A stretch of DNA of 37,126 bases, from the IMG/VR virus record IMGVR_UViG_3300014201_000017, positions 1 to 37,126 of that record; one strand, given 5' to 3'. The position numbers and the translations under genes were made by a program. Every line of letters starts with the position of its first letter. Position 1 is the stretch's first letter. Positions 14,519 through 23,329 of the stretch are shown one piece after another. The notes under the pieces were generated by a model. That model did no database searches and was not told the origin of the DNA. It saw nothing but the letters and a program-made list of their open reading frames with translations. Origin of the DNA: a virus. Lineage: Duplodnaviria; Caudoviricetes.

Positions 14519-16747
14519 TTGTTTCAGGAGCTCATAATGGACTACGGCATCCCGGATTCTGACTCGGAAGATTCCAATAGTGAAGGCGCCAAACTCAAGC
14601 GCATCAAAGGCAACATAGAAAGGTCTATCCAGTATTGGAAACCAAATGCAAAACGGTTCCATCAGTTCCAGAAATTCTGCTTCAAGTCACAGATAAGCGC
14701 CAGCGACAAGTCATCCCTGAATCAGGCTCAGAAGCCTATCCTGGAATTCAATATCGTTAACGCACCGCTGTCTCGTCAGGTTGGTGAGTTCAGCAAACAG
14801 GAACCATCAATAGAAGTCCGCAAGGAATGGGGTGCAGATATAGAGCCTCAGGTCATTGAAGTGGTAGACGGGCATCTCCGCCATATCTTCGATGAAGCCA
14901 AAAAACGCAACACACAATACAATGTCTATCGGGACGAGCTATCGGGTGGCTTCAGTCATTTCAAGGTCTGGACGGACTACGCCAATGAAATGAGCTGCGA
15001 TCAGATTATAAAAATGGGCAGGTCAAACAATCCTACAATGGTGGGATTTGATCCGATGGCGCGGGAAATTGACAAATCCGATGCTGAATATGCCTGGGAA
15101 TTGTTTCCCATGGACAAGGAACAATTCAAAAAAGATCATCCAGACATTCCGATTGATCAGCTTACTTTCCTCAAGTTCGATGGCGAGTTTAACTGGACAT
15201 TCAGAAATCAGGATCAATATGTCCTGATACTTGCGCATTATTACGAAAAAATAAGAACAAAGAAAAAGATCGTCAAGCTGGCTGAATTAAAGAATTTCAC
15301 GCCAGAAGTTCAGAAGATGTTCAAGCAGACCATGCTTAAAAAAGATTATGAACAGAAAATTGAGGAATGGAATTCCACCTATCATGTAGAGCAGCCTCCA
15401 GCGATCGTGGAAGAAAGAAAAAGCGATTTCATTCACATTAGAAGATCAGAAATCATCGAATCAAAGATAATCGAAGAAAAAGACACACCATTCAAGCATC
15501 TCAATCTCGTATTTGTTGATGGTGATTCTGTCATCATTCAGGACGATGAAACTGCCGCAATGGAGCAATTTACAAAGCCTTACATTTATCACGCCGAAGG
15601 CTTGCAGCGCATGACCAACTTCACGGGGCAGGTCATCGCCAATGATTTTGAGAACATGATCCAGAGCAAATACATGATTGCCGAGGAGTCGCTCCCAACA
15701 CAGGAAGAAGCACTGGATGGATGGAGATCGCCACAGAAGGCAGATCTTCTGGTTTACAGAGCCTATTCTGATGTCAATCCTGACAAGCCATTACCTGTTC
15801 CCACAAATGTCACGCGCGTGGGATTGCCGCCAGAAGTGGTGACAACATTCAATTCTGCTATGCAGATGCTTCAGAATATTCTGGGTTCTTATGATGCTTC
15901 GCTCGCTCAATCGAACGAACAGAATATGTCTGGCGTTGCGATTGTTGAGGCAGCCACCCTGTCTAACGGTTCAGCCATGCCTTATGTAGTCAACTATATG
16001 CAGGCACTAACGCAAGTTGCCAATATCATTGTTGACCTGATTCCCAAGTATTACAAAACACCCAGAACAATCCCTATTATCAAAAAAGATGGCACGAAAG
16101 ACTATGTGCTTGTTAACCAGGAAGGTGGTGTGGATCTCAACTATGACAGCAATTCATTGCATGTCATGATCGAGGCCGGCGTTAATTTCGCCATAGCGAA
16201 AAACAAGGCATTACAACAGATCATTATGCTGATGAAGGTTTCGCCGGAGTTTGCCGAGTTTATGAATGACGTAGGGCTGGAAACTCTATTGGATAACATC
16301 GAGTTCAGAAACGCAGATCTCTTGCGCGAGAAGGTCAAGGCATGGCAACAGAAGAAGGCCCAGCAGAAACAACAACAGCCCGACCCGGAAGTCATGAAAG
16401 CCCAGATCATGCAGCAGCAGATGCAAATGCAGGCACAGCTGGAACAGCAAAAATTGCAGCTTAAAGGCGAGGAGATAAGTTCAAAGGCAACGCTGGAAAC
16501 TGAAAAATTAATAGTCGAAAAGGAAAAACAGGAAAATGAGCGACTCAAAATCCTCATGGCGGCGGGTGAATCAAAAAACAAACTCCTTGCGGCTGCGTCC
16601 AAAGCCCACGCTGAAGAAACACGTGCGTTTGCTGATTTGCATCTCAAGGCTGATCACCAGGATCACACTCAGGTGCGCGAGATCGCTGAAACTCTTATCA
16701 AGCATGCGCAAATTAATAAAAAAGATGATAAAATGAAAAAAGGCTAA
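14519..16747 (+). CDS. Portal protein, P22 gp1-like (likely start ATG 14537)
   Basis: ~740 aa, KPILEFN, SGVAI, LIPKYYKTPRTI motifs, long C-terminal Q/E-rich helix; synteny. Confidence 0.92.
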   Translation: MFQELIMDYGIPDSDSEDSNSEGAKLKRIKGNIERSIQYWKPNAKRFHQFQKFCFKSQISASDKSSLNQAQKPILEFNIVNAPLSRQVGEFSKQEPSIEVRKEWGADIEPQVIEVVDGHLRHIFDEAKKRNTQYNVYRDELSGGFSHFKVWTDYANEMSCDQIIKMGRSNNPTMVGFDPMAREIDKSDAEYAWELFPMDKEQFKKDHPDIPIDQLTFLKFDGEFNWTFRNQDQYVLILAHYYEKIRTKKKIVKLAELKNFTPEVQKMFKQTMLKKDYEQKIEEWNSTYHVEQPPAIVEERKSDFIHIRRSEIIESKIIEEKDTPFKHLNLVFVDGDSVIIQDDETAAMEQFTKPYIYHAEGLQRMTNFTGQVIANDFENMIQSKYMIAEESLPTQEEALDGWRSPQKADLLVYRAYSDVNPDKPLPVPTNVTRVGLPPEVVTTFNSAMQMLQNILGSYDASLAQSNEQNMSGVAIVEAATLSNGSAMPYVVNYMQALTQVANIIVDLIPKYYKTPRTIPIIKKDGTKDYVLVNQEGGVDLNYDSNSLHVMIEAGVNFAIAKNKALQQIIMLMKVSPEFAEFMNDVGLETLLDNIEFRNADLLREKVKAWQQKKAQQKQQQPDPEVMKAQIMQQQMQMQAQLEQQKLQLKGEEISSKATLETEKLIVEKEKQENERLKILMAAGESKNKLLAAASKAHAEETRAFADLHLKADHQDHTQVREIAETLIKHAQINKKDDKMKKG

Positions 16748-16766
16748 ATTTTAGGTTTATCCATTT

Positions 16767-16953
16767 ATGAAAATTTGTTCTATAAAAGGTTGTTACAGAG
16801 AAGTTTGTGCTAGGGGATGGTGTTCAAAACATTATGAATGATTGTCATGCGAAAGAGCATCCAGAACATGCTCAATTAATTTTGATGGGCAAGATATATG
16901 AAAAATTCAAGGCGACCAAGGAGCCAGCCAATGAAAGCAAAAAAGAAAAATAA
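16767..16953 (+). pseudogene. Internally deleted HNH endonuclease remnant
   Basis: 16767..16841 MKICSIKGCYREVCARGWCSKHYE; 16834..16953 MNDCHAKEHPEHAQLIL... Confidence 0.6.
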
Positions 16954-17062
16954 TTCTGTAAAAGCTATTAAATCCAGAGTAAAAAAGCATGAGAAGAAAG
17001 AAGACCAGCTTTACAAGAAACTGGAAAAAGCGAATAAAAAGTTTGAGAAAGGATTGAAATAA
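16931..17062 (+). CDS. 43-aa lysine-rich microprotein
   Basis: MKAKKKNNSVKAIKSRVKKHEKKEDQLYKKLEKANKKFEKGLK; AAGGAG RBS; TAATG coupling. Confidence 0.7.
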   Translation: MKAKKKNNSVKAIKSRVKKHEKKEDQLYKKLEKANKKFEKGLK

Positions 17063-17280
17063 TGATTTTGCAGTTGAATCCGACACTTCCAGTTTATATT
17101 CCGCAAGTGAATAAAACCGGGCAGGCGATTCTGGTTATTGATATGGGGTCAGAGCATCATCTATTATGGACAATCGCAATGGATGAAGGCGGAGAAATCT
17201 GGACATTGCCCAATCCAAAGGTCAGAGTTCAGTATAATATTACTATGGGGAGAATTAATAATGCCGCTCAAAAAAGGTAA
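17062..17280 (+). CDS. Conserved hypothetical phage protein
   Basis: LQLNPTLPV...G.AILVID.GSEHHLLW....GEIW..PN..VR...NITMGR. Confidence 0.8.
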   Translation: MILQLNPTLPVYIPQVNKTGQAILVIDMGSEHHLLWTIAMDEGGEIWTLPNPKVRVQYNITMGRINNAAQKR

Positions 17281-17515
17281 GAAAAATATTGGAAAGAATA
17301 TAGAAACCGAAGAAGCTGCAGGTAAACCAAAAAAACAGGCAATTGCGATTGCTTTGGATGTAGCCCGCAAATCAGGCGCAAAAATCCCCAAAAAACCCCG
17401 AAAGGCCAAAAGGAACAAAAAAGGAACAAAAAATGACTATCGAAATGAAATCACCAAATCAGGAACAGATGGGCGCAATGAAAAATTACATGGCAACCTG
17501 TTCAAACCTGATTGA
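17261..17515 (+). CDS. Small basic protein (MPLKKG...KQAIAIALDVARKSG; DUF6496-like)
   Basis: Start reassigned to ATG 17261 after GGAG; motif common in phage head modules. Confidence 0.75.
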   Translation: MPLKKGKKNIGKNIETEEAAGKPKKQAIAIALDVARKSGAKIPKKPRKAKRNKKGTKNDYRNEITKSGTDGRNEKLHGNLFKPD

Positions 17516-17663
17516 AACGCTTCATTCCTACAAAGTGAATTTTGAGCTTCAGATGGCGATCGCCAAGCTTCAGGAATCCATGTTCTGGTTCAACTCTTTT
17601 GTCATGAACAATCTGGAAGACAAGCTGAATGAATCAGAAGCTGTTTCTGACACCATCAATTAG
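17433..17663 (+). CDS. Hypothetical protein
   Basis: AAGGA RBS; ELQMAIAKLQESMFW helix. Confidence 0.7.
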   Translation: MTIEMKSPNQEQMGAMKNYMATCSNLIETLHSYKVNFELQMAIAKLQESMFWFNSFVMNNLEDKLNESEAVSDTIN

Positions 17664-17667
17664 GGTA

Positions 17668-17833
17668 TTGCATTTAATGGTCAGCTTGTGAATAATATCA
17701 CCAGCGACCATGCGCTTTACCCTCATGGAGAAATTCACCCCGCTACAGGGGATAATCTGTAGAAGACCGGGCTATACCCGGAGACCCATCACCTTGCCTG
17801 GAAACAAAGGCAGATTCAACGAGGCTTTGATTA
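17668..17833 (+). promoter_or_regulatory. Promoter plus structured 5' leader of the scaffold-coat operon
   Basis: TTGCAT-N17-AATAAT; hairpins CCATG/CATGG, CTACAG/CTGTAG, CCGGG/CCCGG, TGCCT/AGGCA. Confidence 0.6.
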
Positions 17834-18571
17834 ATGACTGATGAAACAGGGATAGATGCTGGCCAGCAAAGCCAGGCATCGGCTGTCGAACAACCAGTTA
17901 CACAGCAATCTGAAAGCACTGCACCAGCCGAAAGCCAGCAACAGGCTCAGGCTGAAAAAACATACACGCAGGCACAGGTCAACGCGATAGCAGCCAAGGA
18001 AGCTCGCAAGGCTGCCGAGCAGGCGGAAGCCAGATCAAGGGCTGAAATGGCCCGAAGTCAGCAGGCTGCGCCGCAACAGACCGCGCCAAGTGTGGGTGGA
18101 ATACAGCAGATGTCGCCTGAACAGATCCAGCAGATGATACGCCAGGAGGCGTTTCAGATGTCTCGGGAGCATCAGGCGAAACAGATTGAGGAAAGCTGGC
18201 TGAATTCGATGGATGCTGAAAAGCAGTCCGATCCTGAATTTGCTGATTTGTATGATGCGTTGAATATCGAAGCACAGCCACAATTAATCATGGCTATGCT
18301 TGGCATGGATAACAAGGGAAAGATCGTAAAGGATCTTGCCCAGAATCCAGCGAAATATGCCAATATTCTGACGCTCGCAAATGGTGGTGCTTTCAAGCTT
18401 GCCGAACTGGAATTGAGAAAACTCTCAAAATCAATTCAGGCAAATATGGAAGCCCAGAAAGGCCAGAAAGTCGATCCTCCTCTCGGTCAGGTCAAATCCT
18501 CTAACATTGGCGGGGATGATGGCAAAAACTCTGTGACCGACTTCCGGAATCAGGACTGGTTGCGGGGTTAA
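17834..18571 (+). CDS. Scaffolding protein
   Basis: Q/A/E-rich, KTYTQAQVN motif, immediately upstream of the coat gene. Confidence 0.85.
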   Translation: MTDETGIDAGQQSQASAVEQPVTQQSESTAPAESQQQAQAEKTYTQAQVNAIAAKEARKAAEQAEARSRAEMARSQQAAPQQTAPSVGGIQQMSPEQIQQMIRQEAFQMSREHQAKQIEESWLNSMDAEKQSDPEFADLYDALNIEAQPQLIMAMLGMDNKGKIVKDLAQNPAKYANILTLANGGAFKLAELELRKLSKSIQANMEAQKGQKVDPPLGQVKSSNIGGDDGKNSVTDFRNQDWLRG

Positions 18572-18623
18572 TAACTAGACAGCCATTCATCTCCAGAATG
18601 AACCTAATTTTGGAGACTCTAAA

Positions 18624-19955
18624 ATGGCTGTTCCACAAAATATTCTGCAACAGGTACAGACTTACCAGAAAGCCGAGTTGGCTTTCTGTCTTAACTCGTT
18701 TGTCGGCATCAGCATGGCAAACAAGAAATTCCAGAAATTTAATGAGCTGATCGCAAATTTGGGCGATGTGGTCACCTTCGATCGGGGTCCGCGTTACATT
18801 ACCTATAATGGTCTTGTAATTACCCAGCAGCAGTCAGATCAGCTTGTCCAGAGTCTTGAGGCATCCCAGTCAGCCAACGTATCAGCTGCTTATACAGATC
18901 AGCAGTTCATCTTCAACGTCCGGGAATACATGGACAGATTCGGTGAAGCTGCAATGAAGGAATTGGGTACCAAGATTGAAACCGACATTCTGAAGAACTT
19001 CATTTCTGGCGTGGTTATCAATGATCCACAGAATCCAAATTACGGAACACAGACTGCAAATCAGATTAATAGCGGCCCATTCCGTTTTTATGGCGATGGA
19101 GTTACGCAGATTAATTCATTCGGTCAGCTTGCTCAAGCAATTGCAAATTTCGAGGATTTTGGTGCTGCCAAAAGCAAAAGAATCGGAATTATCCCTACAA
19201 CTGCCGCTCCTGCGATCGTCAATACTGGTTTGCAGCAGTTTGTTCAGGGTAGAAACGAACGTATTGCAAATTCCTGGGAGCTTGGGGAATTTTCTGGCGT
19301 CAAGTGGTATACCTCAAATCTTCTCCCAACACAGGTAGCAGGTTATGTTGGTCAGGCTGGCGGAGCAAATGCTGTTGTAACTGTAGTTTCTGTCAATGAT
19401 CCTTCCGGCAATAACATAACCCAGATCTCTTTCACAGAACCGCAGGGACTTTCACAGGCAAATCCTCTAAACCCCGGCGATCTGTTACAGTTCAATGACG
19501 GTGTATCAGGCAAGCCAAATATGCGTTTCCTGACCTATATCGGGCATGCTATTTGTCAGCAGCCAGTACAGTTCCGCGTCCTGTCCTGTACGGCATCTGT
19601 TTCTGGTGCATTTACCGCAACCATCCAGACCACTAATGGCGTGGGCCTTGTATGGGCGCAGAATAACAATCAGAACCTGAACAACACCATTGTTGCTGGT
19701 ATGCAATGTACTGTACTGCCCAGCCACAAGGCCGGGATTATCATGTCTGGCGATCAGTTCTATCTGGCAATGCCTCAGCTGCCCGATCAGGAACCGTTCC
19801 CGACTGTCAATCAGCAGGACAAGGATTCAGGTGCCGCGATCAGGCATTACTGGGGCGTCCAGTTCGGTCAGAACGTAAGATCCTATGTGCGTGACAGCAT
19901 CTGGGGATCTACGCTCGTGAGCGAGAATTGCATGCGTCTCATTTTTCCCCAGTAA
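18624..19955 (+). CDS. Major capsid (coat) protein, P22 gp5-like
   Basis: 443 aa, LGDVVTF..P.Y N-terminal motif, LNPGDLLQF insertion-domain motif, synteny. Confidence 0.9.
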   Translation: MAVPQNILQQVQTYQKAELAFCLNSFVGISMANKKFQKFNELIANLGDVVTFDRGPRYITYNGLVITQQQSDQLVQSLEASQSANVSAAYTDQQFIFNVREYMDRFGEAAMKELGTKIETDILKNFISGVVINDPQNPNYGTQTANQINSGPFRFYGDGVTQINSFGQLAQAIANFEDFGAAKSKRIGIIPTTAAPAIVNTGLQQFVQGRNERIANSWELGEFSGVKWYTSNLLPTQVAGYVGQAGGANAVVTVVSVNDPSGNNITQISFTEPQGLSQANPLNPGDLLQFNDGVSGKPNMRFLTYIGHAICQQPVQFRVLSCTASVSGAFTATIQTTNGVGLVWAQNNNQNLNNTIVAGMQCTVLPSHKAGIIMSGDQFYLAMPQLPDQEPFPTVNQQDKDSGAAIRHYWGVQFGQNVRSYVRDSIWGSTLVSENCMRLIFPQ

Positions 19956-19970
19956 TTAAGCGATAAAACA

Positions 19971-19994
19971 GCCGGTGACAATTTGTCACCGGTT
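19971..19994 (+). terminator. Palindromic hairpin after the coat gene
   Basis: CCGGTGACAA-T-TTGTCACCGG; no strong U-tract. Confidence 0.55.
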
Positions 19995-20019
19995 CGATTA
20001 ACACAAGAGGATTTCAAAG

Positions 20020-20835
20020 ATGACTACAAATTACGACAATCAAGCAGTGCCAATCGTAAACCTGCCGTTTTACTACATTAATGGATTTATTGCGAGTACG
20101 GATGCCACCTCACCTCAGACAGTCCTTGATTTAAGCGCGGGTATCTGTCGCGATTCTACAAATACCTATGACATGAACCTTGGAAACTATAATGGACAGG
20201 TAAATCCTTCCGCGACTGCCAATGTATCAACTTCCATTAATTGCGCCGTGAATGGATTGAATGGTCTTGATACAGGCTCACTTGGCGCATCCAAGGTCTA
20301 TTATGTCTATGTAATTTCTGATCCTGTAAGCGGAAATCCATCTGGCGCAATGCTTTCTCTGGCAGCTCCTTCTGTCGGGCCTTTGATGCCATTTGGTTAC
20401 AGTGCATATAGGCATGTCAGTTTTGCAGTGACCGATTCCTCCGATCATTTATTGTTGGGATACTGGTCAGGCCAGAATGCAACCCGTCAGTTCATGTATG
20501 ATGCGCCGATTTCTGTCGGTACTACTTCCTCGGAAGCATCCTACACGAACATCAATCTGATCAAATTTGTCCCTCTGATTAATAACATTCCTGTATGGCT
20601 GAATTACAGCGCGAGCGGCACAGCCGGAGATACCCTGTCATTACAGCCGGGTAATGCAACTGGTGATGCTGTCGTGATTGAAATGCAGGTAAATAGTCAG
20701 GCAGTCAAAGGTCAGTGCATGGTGCTGGCTCAGAATGTAGTAATCAGCACTGTCAATTCTCCTGTTATCAACTACAAAAACAGCGGAACTGACACGATTG
20801 CCCTGACAGTCGGTGGATTCCAGTTCTACATTTAA
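20020..20835 (+). CDS. Virion structural protein (decoration/minor capsid candidate)
   Basis: Beta-rich; NGLNGLDTGSL...YYVYVI...MPFGYSAYRH; follows the coat gene. Confidence 0.65.
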   Translation: MTTNYDNQAVPIVNLPFYYINGFIASTDATSPQTVLDLSAGICRDSTNTYDMNLGNYNGQVNPSATANVSTSINCAVNGLNGLDTGSLGASKVYYVYVISDPVSGNPSGAMLSLAAPSVGPLMPFGYSAYRHVSFAVTDSSDHLLLGYWSGQNATRQFMYDAPISVGTTSSEASYTNINLIKFVPLINNIPVWLNYSASGTAGDTLSLQPGNATGDAVVIEMQVNSQAVKGQCMVLAQNVVISTVNSPVINYKNSGTDTIALTVGGFQFYI

Positions 20836-20850
20836 AACAGTAGGGATCAC

Positions 20851-21633
20851 ATGGCCCTGATTCCGGTATACACAAGCGTTGAGGAATATCAGTCACAGGC
20901 GGCCAATACAAATATTGTGCCGCCCAACGCCGCTTATCCGGCATCTTTACTTATCAGCAGGGCATGGAATCTCTCTGGAATTGTTGCAAGGGATTTTGAA
21001 ACGGAAATGGGTTCAGAAGGTGCGGATGGTCTGTTTCTGTTGAATGAGCTTCTGGAATACAAGGCTTGTGATCTTAAACTGATTCCCTACTTCCAGAGAG
21101 TAGAATTCAATCTGGTTCAGGGACAGGAAAGATATTACATCCCAAATCTTTATCAAATTGAAACATTCACATTCAATATTGGAGAAGTAAGATTTCCGAC
21201 TTTTAGCGCATCACGTACACAGTATTTCGGAGATGGACGCGTCGACAATATTCAGGCGCTCCCATTTGAATGGCATCTGGAACGCACATGGGGTGGAAGT
21301 TATTTTTATGTGTATTTTCTTCCTCAACAGCAATATCTGGGGAAAATAAGTGGGAAATTCGCCCTCACGAATGTTGAATTGCAGACAAATTTGGCGGAGT
21401 TTTATGACGGGTTTTATATATCGTATTTGAGGTACGCTCTGGCAAATTTTATGAGTTTAGAATATGACATTACTTTTGCAGAAGACAAAGCAAAAATGAT
21501 GAGGCAGATGGAGCAAAAATTGATTTATGTTTCTCCGCCGGATTTATCGGTCAGGAAGATTTCGTTTATGAATAGTAATGCCCCGTTTTCATGGGCACAT
21601 GCCAACATTTCTCCTGCGTGGAATGTATCATGA
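20851..21633 (+). CDS. Head-to-tail adaptor (P22 gp4-like)
   Basis: LISRAW..SGI...ADGLFLLNELL...YLRYALA helical pattern; synteny. Confidence 0.7.
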   Translation: MALIPVYTSVEEYQSQAANTNIVPPNAAYPASLLISRAWNLSGIVARDFETEMGSEGADGLFLLNELLEYKACDLKLIPYFQRVEFNLVQGQERYYIPNLYQIETFTFNIGEVRFPTFSASRTQYFGDGRVDNIQALPFEWHLERTWGGSYFYVYFLPQQQYLGKISGKFALTNVELQTNLAEFYDGFYISYLRYALANFMSLEYDITFAEDKAKMMRQMEQKLIYVSPPDLSVRKISFMNSNAPFSWAHANISPAWNVS

Positions 21634-21713
21634 TACCAGTTGAATCGAACTACTACAAAAGGCGATGGACTACCTAAAGGAACACCAATAAGTACCCAAC
21701 AAGGAGCAATAAA

Positions 21714-22733
21714 ATGACGACTGTAATCACACAGGAACAAGGTTACACAGGTTTATCACTCAAAATTCCTCGAGTGCTGACTCAATCTACTTTAGCTCAG
21801 GTAACAACTGCCGGCTGGTGGAATAATTACTATGTCTCAAGTGGACAACCGCCTTTACACCCGCAGGATCTTGTTTGCATTTGCTATTCATATGGAAATG
21901 CCAGTTTGCAGGCGACAGCTTTGTTTAGCGTCAGCATCTCAAATGGTGTGGTCACATTGTCTCTTGCAGAGGCGAATGTTGTATTGCCTACGATTGCAAA
22001 TCACATTGCCACGTATACAAATACGCTTGGAACACTTGGAGAAGATCCAGCAACAGCAATCAGTGGTGGAAACATTCAGGCGGGTTTGTCAGGTACTGCT
22101 GGCACACTTGCTTCGTATCCAGCAACTGCAGCCAAAGGATCATTGATCCTGAAAGGCGTTGCAAATACGGGCAATACTAATACCACGATCAGTAATGCAG
22201 CAATGGGTCAGGCTTCGGTGATCAGCATTCCTGATCCTGGTGCAGCAACCGCCAACTTCCTGTTGGATGCTGGAACTAATGATGCTGGCACATTCACGGC
22301 CCTTACTGCCACCACTGCAAACATCACCAATCTGAAATATGGCGCCACTCCGGTTCCACAGGTTGATCCAGGTTCCTGCACCATTACTGCCGCTGCTGGT
22401 GCTTCCAATACCTGTACCATCACCATTCAGCTGAAAGATGGTAGTGGCACCAATATGTCTCGCACCATTCCTTTCAAAGTTTATTTGGCAACAGATGCGA
22501 CTGGTTTGACATTACAATCCGCTGCATCGACAGGATATTCTGTTGCTTCAGGAGGAGTAAAAGATCCAACTGGAAGCACAACAATCACCCAAGGATTGTC
22601 TGCATTTTCCAGTGCTACCGGGGGCTGCGTGATAAGTCTTCTGGATACCGGAAAAGGTACAGGCAATTTAATCCTGATGTTGCCAAATGGGTTTAAAGCA
22701 TCAGCGGCAGTTACTTCTGGAAGCTATGGTTAA
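21714..22733 (+). CDS. Virion structural protein (T/G/A/S-rich)
   Basis: Composition and synteny. Confidence 0.65.
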   Translation: MTTVITQEQGYTGLSLKIPRVLTQSTLAQVTTAGWWNNYYVSSGQPPLHPQDLVCICYSYGNASLQATALFSVSISNGVVTLSLAEANVVLPTIANHIATYTNTLGTLGEDPATAISGGNIQAGLSGTAGTLASYPATAAKGSLILKGVANTGNTNTTISNAAMGQASVISIPDPGAATANFLLDAGTNDAGTFTALTATTANITNLKYGATPVPQVDPGSCTITAAAGASNTCTITIQLKDGSGTNMSRTIPFKVYLATDATGLTLQSAASTGYSVASGGVKDPTGSTTITQGLSAFSSATGGCVISLLDTGKGTGNLILMLPNGFKASAAVTSGSYG

Positions 22734-22849
22734 TATTATAAATAGGCAATGATATAATGCTAACTCGAAACCTAGGTTCGCTACCGAAAGGGCGGCATCT
22801 CACCGCCTTGGTTTCGTTTCCTGTTGAGATTAACACTAGAGAGGTGTTT

Positions 22850-23329
22850 ATGAGCGATATTGTTAAAGTTTGCAAAATTCATGGTGATTTAAATAAATAT
22901 CAAGTTTATTTTAATAAAAATGGAAAATATATATATCCTGCATGTAAGAAGTGTTCACTTTTAAGAAATCGTTCTTATGAGAAAAGAAATCCAGATAAAA
23001 TAAAGGAAATTAGAGCTAAAGGGTATTATAAAAGATTTGAAAAAGAGAGACTAAAATCAATTTTAAGATTACATAAAATATCCTATGAAAAATATATAGA
23101 ATTACTGCAATCACAAAATGAAAAATGTGCTATCTGCTTTAAAAAAGAAACAAAAACAATAAAAGGAAATAGAGTTCCCAGACCTTTACATTTAGATCAT
23201 GATCATAAAACAGGGAAAACACGTGAATTTTTGTGCCAAAATTGTAATTTAGGATTAGGACATTTTTGTGATGATCCATATTCATTAGAAAATGCTGCCA
23301 AATACATAAGGAAGCATTCCTGTGACTAG
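22850..23329 (+). CDS. Free-standing endonuclease VII-like HNH homing endonuclease
   Basis: Q..KCAIC...LHLDHDHKTGKTREFLCQNCNLGLGHF.DD; GAGGTG RBS before ATG 22850. Confidence 0.9.
   Translation: MSDIVKVCKIHGDLNKYQVYFNKNGKYIYPACKKCSLLRNRSYEKRNPDKIKEIRAKGYYKRFEKERLKSILRLHKISYEKYIELLQSQNEKCAICFKKETKTIKGNRVPRPLHLDHDHKTGKTREFLCQNCNLGLGHFCDDPYSLENAAKYIRKHSCD

Noticed and set aside
13124-16647. Antisense and alternate-frame ORFs inside terL and portal (and similarly in the tail genes)
   Set aside because: Fully nested in confident genes, with no RBS or recognisable motifs
12743-19955. Stop-codon recoding or inteins in core genes
   Set aside because: TerL, portal and coat are uninterrupted and of normal size in the standard code
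22734-23329. Group I intron carrying the endonuclease
   Set aside because: Flanking genes have their own stop and start codons and look intact; the non-coding flank is too short for a ribozyme core
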